A stretch of DNA of 64,000 nt from the human T2T-CHM13v2.0 reference genome, Homo sapiens. The notes below the pieces were generated by a model. The model saw only the letters and a list, made by a program, of their open reading frames with translations. It was not told the origin of the DNA and made no database searches. Of this stretch, positions 30,401-41,695 are shown in pieces. The stretch lies in NCBI RefSeq assembly GCF_009914755.1, contig NC_060927.1. One strand, written 5' to 3'. Every line of letters starts with the position of its first letter. Position 1 is the stretch's first letter. Both the position numbers and the translations under genes were made by a program.

Positions 30401-31884
30401 CCTCCTTGCCACCACCTGAGGTCCCAAGTAAAAAATTACATGTTTCTCATTAATAATTTATTAAATATATAGCAAATGAAGGGGGCTTGCTATGAACTTG
30501 TCTAATCTGGCAAAATAAGCTTTGTCTTTTATTCTTGAATGCTGGCACATCCATTCTAATTCACTTTAGCTATTTTTGTCTTCCTTATTGTGTCATAAAT
30601 TTTCCTAATTTTGAAGGTTTTTTAAGGATACCTTTGATAAAATAATTATAAAAATATTCACTTATTTGGCAATAACTATGATTAAATTTTATCTATAGGC
30701 TTTATTAATTATTTATTTATTAATTTATTATATTATTTAAATGGTTATTTCCAGATATAGAGCACAAATGTAGTTGCAAAATGATTTCTGAATTAGAAAG
30801 CTGAATTCAGTAGGGCCTCTTTTAATCTCCTTAACTCATCCACATGTATGAACCAAAATGGGCACATTATGCCAGAAATTTAAGGAAATAATTGAGGCCT
30901 TTATGCTGGGTGTAGTAAACAAAGAAGGAAGATGCACCAGTACTTGCCCCTTCTATGGTCCTTGTCCTAGGCCCAGAAAGAATAATCTGTTATGATGGTC
31001 GCCTGCACCTGCTCAGATTGGGTACAATGACTGGGAATGCAAACTTAGAGACATTCTTTCACAGGCTCTACTGCATGGATCCTTTCTGGAGCCAATAAAA
31101 GGAATAGAGTTGTGTACCATAGGAAATTATTATTCAGTTACTCAAAATATATTTACCTAATAGTTATCATGAGCTAGGCTTCATTTGAAGAGGAAGTATA
31201 GAGCAGTGGAAATGCCCTCTCTCCATAACAGGGGATCAGTGTTTTTATGAGGCTTACAGCCTCCCCTTAATACAGGTCACCTACTGCCCATCAGGGTAAG
31301 CCTGTGTCTGTTATATTCTTTTCCCACAGGCCTGTTTTGTCAACAATGAAAGCTTTCATTCTAAGTTTTATACAGGGAAGAGCATGGCTTTGATATTCTT
31401 GACTCATCTTTGAGGAAAGAGATTTAGTGATATTTAGAAATAAAACCATCTTTTAGGGCCAGGTTATGAAGGTCAGGAAAAATATCTGTGTGTATCTTTC
31501 ATACAGTTGAATGAAGCATGCAAAATCTAAACCTTCTCAATATTTAAATGTGAACATATTCATTTTATCAGTACTTGAATACATAGAAAGTACTTACGGA
31601 AATGCTAATCCGTGTGGCAGTAAACAAACTTTTAATAAATAGGATTTATTTGTGTACTATTTAATTTTTCTTCAGACTATTTCTAATCAAAGTATTGTTT
31701 TCAAAATTTACTTCTGTTACTTAATTATTGAGCAAATGAGTAAATAAACTGAAGCTAGTAGGAAATACTTTCTGCATGTTGGATAAAAGAATGACAAATA
31801 TCAAAAGAGTGAAGGCTGAAAAATACGCCAATGCTCAATTAAAATTTGTGATTGCCTTAGTGCCTCAAACAGGTCACTTCATTA

Positions 31885-32215
31885 ATTCTTTGATTAATTC
31901 ATTTATTTGTTTATTTATTTAACAAATGCTTAGTTATTGTGTATTGTAGTAGTTATTATCTGTTCTAGTGCTAGAACTCAGCATGCAAAGGACACTGCCT
32001 TTATTTATCTTACATTTCTTGAGCAAAATAAAGGCCATAAACAAAGTATTAATTAAATATATTGTGATAAGTTCTAAGGAGAATAAAAGCAGGGTTGATA
32101 GTGTGAATTAGCTAGGTAACAAAATAATGGTTATGTAAAATTTTATATGAGATGGCCACTGAAAGCTTCACTGAGAAAGTAACTTTTGATACAAGATTTA
32201 AAGGAACTAACACTA
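31885..32215 (-). mobile_element. L2 3' fragment
   Basis: attcatttatttgtttatttatttaacaaatgctta...cttcactgagaaagtaacttttga. Confidence 0.65.
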
Positions 32216-32368
32216 TCTCTAATAAGTAAAATGGTTATATTTTATAAAAGTCGATTTTTTACAGCTCATCAATTCCCACCAAAACCCCAAAAGATATGAC
32301 CAACTCCATTTTACGTAAGAGGAAAACTGAGACTTAGAAAGATGATTCAATTTTAATATCTATAGCTG

Positions 32369-32647
32369 GGCCAGGTATGGTGGTTAATGCCTGTAACCCC
32401 AGCACTTTAGGACGCCAAGGTGGGAGGATCCCTTAAGTCCAGGAGTTGGAGAAGGCTGAGAAGCATAGGGAAATCCCATCTCTACAAAAAGAAATTAAAT
32501 AAATAGCCAGGTGTGGTGGAGCTTGCCTGTAGTCCCAGCTACTTTGGAGACTGAGTGGGAGGGTCACTTGAGCCCGGGAGGTCAAGGCTGCAGTGAACCG
32601 AGTCTCCACCACTGCACTCCAGCCTGGGTGACAGAATGAGACACTGG
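32369..32647 (+). mobile_element. AluJ
   Basis: ggccaggtatgg...ggaggatcccttaagtccagg...gagcccgggaggtcaaggctgcagtg; inserted in a MIR remnant; degenerate TSD atctatagctg / acctgtagctg. Confidence 0.9.
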
Positions 32648-33128
32648 AAAGAAAGAGAAAGAGACAGAGAAAGGGACAGAGAGAGAGAGGAAGGAAGGAA
32701 GGAAGGAAGGAGGGAGGGAGGGAGGGAGGGAGGGAGGGAGGGAGGGAAGGGAAGGGAAGGGAAGGGAAGGAAGGAGGGAAGGAAGGAGGGAAGGAAGGAA
32801 GGAAGGAAGGAGGGAAGGAGAGAGGAAGGGAAGGGAGGGAGGGAAGGGAAGGAAGGAGAAAGGGAGAGAGAGAAAGAAATAGAGAAAGGAAGAAAAAGAA
32901 GGAAAGGAAGAAAGAAGGAAAGGAAGAAAGAAGGAAAGGAAGAAAGAAGGAAAGAAAGAGAGAAAGAAGGAAAGAGAAAGGAAGAAAAAGAAAGAAGGAA
33001 AGAAAAAAGAAATAAAGAGAAAGAAAAAAGGAAAAGAAAAGAAAAAGAAAGAAAGAAAAAAGAAAAGAAAAGAAAGAAAAGGTAGGAAGGAAGGAAGGAA
33101 AGAAGGAAGGAAGGAAGGAAAGGAAGGA
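32648..33128 (+). repeat. ~480-bp polypurine compound microsatellite (GA, GGAA, GGGA, GAAA)
   Basis: Almost only G and A on the + strand; lies inside the Alu TSD. Confidence 0.95.
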
Positions 33129-33285
33129 CCTGTAGCTGGATTTCAAATATTTGCCCTACCCCAAGTTGCCTTCTCTGCTTCCTCTTTCCAAGAAGTGTTT
33201 TCTTTGTTGTATCTACACTGCACAATTGCACTTGCCAAGCAAGTTAATAGAAACTATTATATTTCTAGTGGCTACTGCTGTCTTC

Positions 33286-33534
33286 TTTTTTTTTTTTTTC
33301 TTTTCTTTTTTTTTTTTAATTATACTTTAAGTTTTAGGGTACATGTGCACATTGTGCAGGTTAGTTACATATGTATACATGTGCCATGCTGGTGCGCTGC
33401 ACCCACTAACTCGTCATCTAGCATTAGGTATATCTCCCAATGCTATCCTTCCCCCTCCCCCCTCCCCCCCTCCCCCCTCCCCCCTCCCCCCTCCCCCCTC
33501 CCCCCTCCCCCCTCCCCCCTCCCCCCTCCCCACC
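33286..33534 (-). mobile_element. Young, heavily 5'-truncated L1 (L1PA2-like 3'UTR stub)
   Basis: ~33-nt poly(T), then a near-consensus L1 3' end with intact CpGs, GACGAG and CACAATGTGCAC diagnostics; ends in an expanded G-tract. Confidence 0.93.
33450..33531. repeat. (TCCCCCC)~12 heptamer array, G-quadruplex-prone on the minus strand
   Basis: 12 C-runs (mostly C6) separated by single T. Confidence 0.95.
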
Positions 33535-34091
33535 TCCTTGGATGAGATTCTAGCAGCTTCTAAGCTTTCCAAGGCCACACAGCTGTGTTACAATCGTTGT
33601 TTCACCCCTAAGGAAAATCTTCAACTTGCTATCCTTAAAGCTGTAGTCCCAGTGCCTTTTTGGAAGCAGTTTTTATTGTATTAGCTCAACGCTCTTTAGG
33701 GAGAACATGTTTTCTTCAAGTCTTATTTACGTCATGGTGAATTCTTTTGGAGATTCAACAGCGTTCCAGATGTTTCAGTGTAGCATTTATTATTTCTCCC
33801 AGAAGACAACTGGGACACAGAGTTTCACATGCTTTCAATTGCTTGGCAAGCCTGCAGTATACTCTGGGAACTTAAGAATTATCTTAGCCTGATAAGTGCA
33901 TTTTTCTCATATTTTTTCCCCAGTAATACCCCTACCTCAAACTATGATGTAAATTTGCCATTAACTCCACATTGGTTCACTACTATATTTTGAATTAATA
34001 ATGGCTTATAACCCAAAGTTAATAAAAAATTAGAGCAGGGTTATATTTGTCCTGGGCACTCTGAGAAGTTGAAACATTGTTTCTAGTTTTT

Positions 34092-34435
34092 CATATATAT
34101 ATATATATATATATATCATATATATATGATATATATATCTCATATATATATCATATATATGATATATATATGAGATATATATATCATATATATGATATAT
34201 AATATCATATATATCATATATATATCATATATATGATATATAATATCATATATATCATATATATATCATATATATGATATATAATATCATATATAATATC
34301 ATATATATATCATATATATGATATATAATATCATATATATATCATATATATGATATATAATATCATATATATATCATATATATGATATATAATATCATAT
34401 ATATATCATATATATGATATATAATATCATATATA
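34092..34435. repeat. AT-rich palindromic minisatellite (~30-bp unit ATATATATCATATATATGATATATAATATC)
   Basis: Repeated self-complementary ATATCATATATATGATAT units following a (TA)n run. Confidence 0.95.
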
Positions 34436-35437
34436 CACACACAATATATAGAATACATTTGTATGTACATATATATTTATATTTACATTCCTTTAGAATT
34501 TTTAATGCCAATTTTGGCACCTAAGGACTTTCATTAACTGCATTAACATGAGACTTCCTAACCTACAAAAATATTTTATTTTTGTAATGCTCTGCAGTGC
34601 TTTCCTCCACATACATTATAAAAAAGAGGAACATATGTCTTTCTGTTTATCTCTCTAGATGTGTGAAATACATTTTGTAAAATAATTCTTATCTTCTCAG
34701 CAGAATATATGTAAACCTCATAAAATATTGTTACATTATTATCTTCAGAATTGATGAGTAAATCTAGTTTTTACAGACCCAACATTAATATAATGGTAAA
34801 AACACTAACTGCCTTTTAGAAAATTATAGTTTCTTATTTAGAAGTAGATATGTAAAAATGAATTTGTTCTTATAAGTAAAATTATTAGTAGGTTAAATTC
34901 CTGGAGATTTCTTAAAAAAGTGAACAAAAATCTAATTCTCATTGGCAAAACTATTGACTCTAACTTGCATGGATAGTAGAGTAAAAGCCTGGCTTATTTG
35001 TAAAATCAGTAATAGTTTTTTATTGTATTCATCTTAATATATTCATGGATGTTTTCCCCCCAATAATATTTACATTGCCCTAACCACCACTACTTTACTA
35101 AATTTCTTTTTCTCACCAAACACATTATTCTTGTCAAGAGAAGCCCGCATGTAATATATTGTCAGTACATTTATCAATACAAATGCTTTAACAACAAATT
35201 ACTTGGTTGGTTATATTCACTATTGTGAAAATTATTTTAAAACTTGAAATGAAAAGTTAATGTGCCCACTGGCATTTGACTTGGTGGGCTATTTTGAAGA
35301 AAAAATGTAAACAATTTTCCATGTCTTTTCCTCTCCCAAATATGTCAGAAATTAACTTATTAAAGAAAATTAGAAACTGGAAGATCCTGATTGCTCAAAA
35401 TTCTTATTAGCCATGTGCTCTTGTGCTCTTCGCACAG

Positions 35438-35527
35438 AAGATTTAGAGTCAGATACTTTTTTGTGTTTTGAAATTGAACTACTAGGTCATGCTACGGTGC
35501 AAAGTATGCTGATTTGTAAATTAACAG
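35438..35527 (+). other. Candidate 90-nt exon
   Basis: Acceptor ctcttgtgctcttcgcacag, donor CAG|gtaagt, one open frame. No homology recognised. Confidence 0.25.
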
Positions 35528-36729
35528 GTAAGTGTTTACATTTTATTATAAGAGTATTCTGAAAATTCAATATCAAATGCAAAACTAATATATAATTATG
35601 AAATTTGGCATGCCAACAAGGGTACTATTTGTGGCAGAGAACAAATTTCTAAAAGATTATTTTCAAATTGAAACCATTGTTGGGTAGCTCAACTCCCTGT
35701 TGCATTTCTGCTTTTCCATTAAGCAGTCAGTGAAAAATATCTAGCTCCAGATCATTTAGTTTGAGCAACTTCATGAGGCACATAAAATATTCCATGAACT
35801 GCAGGACCCCCAGACTCATAAAAAAAAATCTGGATCATACTAATGAAGTGTACAAAACCATGAAAACTTACAAAATTGAAAAGAAAAAGTAATTTCAATT
35901 AATTAAAGATTGATTAATTTCAATCTTTAACACATACATTATCCACATCACTTTGTGTCCCAAAATTAAGATCATTCTGTTAATAATACTGAAATATTAA
36001 TACTCATGTTTCTGAATCACACTCTATTGATTGACCTTTGAAGATGTTATTTGTGAGTCTGACATAATGCCTGATTCTGTTTGTTCACCTAGCTGACATC
36101 CATTCACACTTCAATACTTCAATATTCAAAATAAAGAGGTATCACCATAATAATTTTGTCTAGACTTGGCAAACGATAGTCTTCTGTGCATTTAGTTATC
36201 ATCTGTCTTTAATATAACAAATACATGTCTTCAATATTGCAATGCTTTTAAATTAATAGAATGGTGTTTTTACTGATAAATGGATAACTTAGATCAAGTA
36301 TGAATAAAACCACAAAATAGTTCAGTAGTTACCATGAGTGCTCAGTAAGAGAGAAAGTCAGATAAAGAGAGGGATTTTGGTTTGCACTTTGCATCGTGCT
36401 ATGTGTGTCCAAATCCTCTGGCCAATAGTCAGTAGTGCAAATTTTCCAGCCAATAATCAGTAGCTGCTAAGCTCATTCTAACCTCTAAGTCCATACACTA
36501 ATCTAACTTCTGATGTTCGCCCTTAGCCTGAGCCTTGTAGTCTAAAGGGACAGGAAACAGAGATTGGCTTTCTTCTCTGGTAGCAAAATCTGTGCCCTCT
36601 TTCTCCCTACATAGCCACTGCTCTGGCCTTAAATATCGAACATACATGCACATGTGAGCACATATGCATATAAACACATTCAAAGCCTCTTCCATCAGTT
36701 ATATGTCTCATGCTCAGGGAACTGCATTA

Positions 36730-37112
36730 CCAGTTACCTCACATCTCTCAGTTTTGTTAATTATTCTTCATCAAATTATGCTCCCTAGAAACTTCACTCT
36801 TAACCTGCCTAAATTTTACCAATCTAAGCAGACTTCAGCTTAGATAAGACTTCATCTAGAAAGTCTCTGCTAAACACTGAAGTGTAGATTAAATGTACCT
36901 CTAGTGTGCTCTCAAAGCACAGTTATTCCAGTTCACACCAGAACACAGATTGTTTTCTTGTCTGTATCTACCAAAAGACTCTCAGGCCTGGGAGTAGAGG
37001 AGCTATGTCTAGGTTAATTATTTCATAATAACAATAAAGATGATGAAATATGCTTTTTCCAGGGCCCCAGACCTCACATGGATTTAGTAATAAAATTCAT
37101 TAAATGAATGAG
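36730..37112 (+). mobile_element. L2 3' fragment
   Basis: cttcagcttagataagacttcatctagaaagtct...aaaattcattaaatgaatgag. Confidence 0.6.
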
Positions 37113-37274
37113 CAAAGGACAAATTTGACCCTACTTATTTAGGGCTTTGTGAGACAAGACAGAAGTTCCTAAAGTTCTTTCCTTTAGTTACTAGAAGGAC
37201 ATAGTATAATCATATTAGTCATTCCCATTATAGTAAAAATGACTCATCTGTTTCAAATAAGTGAGAACTCATGT

Positions 37275-37627
37275 TGTATTAGTCTGTTCTCATGCTACTA
37301 ATAAAAACATACCTGAGACTGGGTAATTTATAAAGGAAAGAGGTTTAATTGATTCACAGGTTCACATGGCTGTGGAGGCCTCACGATCATGGCAGAAGGC
37401 AAAGGAGGAGCAAAGTCATTTCTTACATGGCAGCAGGCAAGAGAGAGAGCATGTGCAGGGAAACTCCCCTTTATAAAATCATCAGATCTCTTGAGACTTA
37501 TTCACTATCATGAGAACAGCATGGGAAAAACCTGCCTCCATGATTCAATTACCTCCCACAACGTGTGGGAATATGAGAGCTACAATTCAAGATGAGATTT
37601 GGGTGGGCAAACAGCCAAACCATATCA
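37275..37627 (-). mobile_element. THE1 (B/C-like) solo LTR
   Basis: tgtattagtctgttctcatgct...cagccaaaccatatca; 5-bp TSD catgt/catgg. Confidence 0.92.
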
Positions 37628-39688
37628 CATGGCCATTCTCATCATTTTCCCTCCAATGATTGGTGTTCTTTTAATTCTTTTTTAAAAAATTTTATGTTAC
37701 CTGTTAGAAGAGAATGCAACATTCTACTTCAAAACTGCATTACCACTTAGGGCTGTTGATTATTCAATGACTTCACCTCTGGAGCTGGTTAATTTCAAAG
37801 TCCTGAGATTGAGACTGTACTCTTGGCACATAAGGATCCCAAATCTTAGACATGGTGTTACATTCTCACTGGATGGTTTTACTAATTTATGCTAAATGAG
37901 GAAGAATGGCATTTAGGTGATCAACTCCTTATTGAGGTTGCCTGATTTTCAAATGTATAAGATTATTTCAGGGAGTAGCAGCTCTTTATTTGTAGTTTAC
38001 TCCTGACATCAAACCAATTGGCCTGGATGACATAAGACAGAAAACCTGGAACAGGTTTTCCTTAATAATGACTTTTAGTGATTAATTACATTTTACTAAG
38101 ATAACTGCAGGCTTCCCTGAATCACACATCTGTCTTTAATTAGTTTAACCTACTATTTTTCTAAAGGATAAAGTGACTTGTTTGAAGTCACATATATATT
38201 TAGTGGATTACTGGTTTTAGGAGTCCTGTGTTCCTATTTTCCAGCCTATTGAGATTTAGAATTTAATGCCCTGTTCTCTGTTGTTTATACTAGGAAGTCT
38301 GAGGTATTTTTCCCTAATTTGGTTCCGAAAGTGTGTTGAAGAATACTCCAGCAAAAAGAAGCAGTTATGATTTATGTTCACAATAATAAATAACTCCCCT
38401 TTGAATTATGGGTTTTATTGATAGCAGTTACCTAATTTTCTGTCATTTTTTGACAGATGGGGAACAGATGGTTATTAGCTTCATAAAAATAATCATGAAA
38501 TTCAGTATTAAAATATTTATTGGACTTCATTCAGAAGTCTCAACAGGATAAATTTTATTGGCAAAGTTTGTTTGTTGCAAACTCTACAAAGCTAGTCAGA
38601 CCCTGCAACCACATCATGCTTCTGGCCAAACAAGGTAGATATAATTCGCTTTCTTTTAGAGCTTCTGGACTTGACAATAAACAAAGTTATTAATGTATCA
38701 CACCTCTGGAAAAAAAACATTAAATTTTGTTTCCCTTACATGTGCAAATTTGCAAAATTGCCTGCATTACATGATTCAACAACATGGAATTTAACAATTA
38801 CACCAAACCAGAGTGCGTGGGGAGATTTTTTTTTTTTAGCAGAGATATAGTCTATCTCATGTATGATGTGTACAAACACTGTGATTTATATTTCTATAGA
38901 TGGTTTTTCCTTCTAATCAGGTGGTTTATACATTTGAGAAATATTTCAAATTTTTCTTCACTTTATTTGCAAATTCTTTATGCCTTGTTACAATGGGAAG
39001 ACTACAAATACAAACATTTATCATTTTCAAACTATTTAAACAAAACCATTCAAAAAGATTCATACTTTATCTATAGAGCTGTGCTTTTCAGGGAATCAGA
39101 TATGCAAATATTGCCTGAGTCCAACTGAATACAGTTTATGGGAGTCTCAACTGATAATTATCCAAAGTCTTCTAACACGTGAGAAAAAATATTCTAGTAT
39201 TGGAGTGCTGTGTGTTGTTACATAATGTGTGTGTGTAATGCCAGGATTTATTAGAGCTGGTCCCTCTACCTTTTAAGACTATGGTTTATTCATCTGCTGA
39301 ATGAGAAAAAAATTTACTCTAAATTTTATTTGCTTTGTTTAAAAACCATTTTAATGTATTGAAATGAGACAAGATCATGATTCTCTTATAAATGTGAGGT
39401 CAAGAATCAATAGAGTCATTTGACATGTCACTGACATATAACACATATCATAATTGATTCTGCACCTGTAAAGAGATGCCAAAAATGCTTTATTTAAGTC
39501 CTGTGGATCTTGGCTCACAGTATAAAAGAAGTTATTAACTTTCAATTATAATAGAACATGTAATATTTCTTTACTCTTTTTATCTTAAATTAAGTAAGCC
39601 TTAGAAAATAAAATTTTGAGATTTTTAAGTTTCTGTTTAACCTAATTCACATTAACGAAAGATTAAAATTACTCACTTTAATGCAACT

Positions 39689-39720
<32 letters not shown>

Positions 39721-39789
39721 AACACAATGTGTATGTATACAACTATATATGTGCAGGCACACATACAAAACTTTTTAATGTGGATGTAT

Positions 39790-41695
39790 ACTTCCTGTTA
39801 ACTTAATGTAAAACTTAATGTAAAAGTGAAATAATTACTATGGTATGTTACTGGTATACATGTAGACATTTAGCTAAGTGGAATGGACTTGAAAGCCCAG
39901 AAATAAGCATTTTAATTTACTGTCAATTGATTTCTGACAAAGTTGACAAAACCACTTAATGGAGAAAGAAGAGTCTTTGCAAAAATTTGTTGGGAGAGGT
40001 GTATATCCAGATATAAAGACTGAAGTTGGACAATGACTATACATAAAAAATTAACTCAAAAGTGATTATAAATCTAAATATAAGAGCTAAAACTATAAAA
40101 CTTTTAGAAAAAAACATTAAAGTAAATTTTATGAGCTTTGGTTAGGGAATGGTTTCTTGGATACGGTACAAAAAGCACAAGAGACAAAATTAAATACAGA
40201 TAAAACTATTGTTTCCACATTTTAGCTATTGTAAATAACGTTGCAATAAATATGGGGGTGCAGATATCTCTTTGAGATATTTTATTTCCTTTATTTGTAC
40301 ATCCCAAAATAGGATTGCTAGTAGTTCTATTTTTTGAGGTACTTCCTTATTGTTTTCCATAATGTTATACCAATTTACATACGTACCTACCAAAAATTTA
40401 TAAGGGTTCCTTGGTGTCCATAAACAGATGAGTGGATAAATAAATGTTAATCACACACACACATACATACACACACGCACACACACACACACACACACAC
40501 AACAAAATGGAATATTATTTAGCCGTTAAAGGAAGAACATCCTGACATTTGCAACACTATAGATGAACCCTGAGGACATTATGCTAAGTGCAGTAAGTCA
40601 GACACAGAAAAACAAATACTGCATGATCTTCTTATAGGTGGAATGTAAAAAATGTCAAATTTATAGAACCAGAAAGTAGAAGAGTGATTGCCAAAGACTG
40701 AGGGTTGGAAGAAATGGACAGGTACACACTTTGAAGTTATAGGATAAACAAGTTCTAGTGATCTGATGTTTAGCATGAGTGGTAACAAATGTGCTAATTA
40801 TATTAATGATGCAATTATTACACAATGTATATAGGTATCAAACAATCATACTGTGTACCTTAAATATATAGCAATCTTTGTCAATTACATATTTTAAATT
40901 ATAATAGATCAATAAATTGGGCTGTTTCGAAATTAAAATATTCTGTTCTTTAAGGAGCACCACCAAAAAAGTGAAAAACAACCCACAGAATAGGAGAAAG
41001 TATTTAAAATTCATATATTTGATAAGATATTTATTCAGTTATATAAATAACTCGTACAACTTACTAATAAAAAGACAATCCAAATTCAGTAACTTTGGAA
41101 ATCTGTTCGGCAGTTCTTTGAAATTTTAATAGTTACCATATTAGATAGTAGTTCCTTCCCATAGGTATATTCAAGAGAAATGAAAATATGCACCACATAA
41201 AAACTTACACACAAATGTTCATAGTAGCATTCTTCATAATAGCCCCAAAATGAAAACAACTCAAATATCCACCAATCTATGAATGGATAATTGAATATGA
41301 TCTATCCTCTCAATGGAATATTACTCATAATAAAAATAAATGAAGGACTGATACATGTTTGACCATAGAATAACTCGAAAATCATATGCTAATTGAAATA
41401 AGCCAGTTACAAAAGGCCACATGTTGTATTATCCCACGTATACAAAATGTCCAGTGTAGACACATTTATAGTGACAAAGAGTATGTGAGTGGTTGCTTAG
41501 AGTTTTGAGGAGGGACAAATATGATGTGATAGTTAACATGTACAAAGCGTTCCTTTGAGGAGGGACATAAGTGTTCTAAAATTATATTTTGCTGATAGTT
41601 CCACAAATCTGAATATACTAAAAAACATTGAATCATACACTGTGAGTGGGTGAATGAAATGGTATGTAACTTATATCTCAATAAAATTGAAAAGA
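39790..41695 (+). mobile_element. L1MB-type 3' fragment (late ORF2 and 3'UTR), interrupted
   Basis: Degenerate ORF2 C-terminal sequence; ends ggtatgtaacttatatctcaataaa. Confidence 0.8.
40209..40900 (+). mobile_element. L1MA(7-9)-type insertion with 5' inversion, nested in the L1MB
   Basis: 40209-40413 is antisense L1 and 40414-40900 is a sense L1 3' end; internal (CA)n at 40452-40501. Confidence 0.8.

Noticed and set aside
32433-33231. 237-aa, 230-aa and 149-aa ORFs (F/L/S/P-rich or K/R/E/G-rich)
   Set aside because: Translations of the purine microsatellite plus Alu; stop-free only because of base composition.
33195-33684. Proline-rich ORFs resembling extensin/formin
   Set aside because: They come from the (TCCCCCC)n array and antisense L1 3'UTR.
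34200-34435. CRISPR-like or satellite array
   Set aside because: Eukaryotic context, no unique spacers and no cas genes; a simple AT minisatellite.
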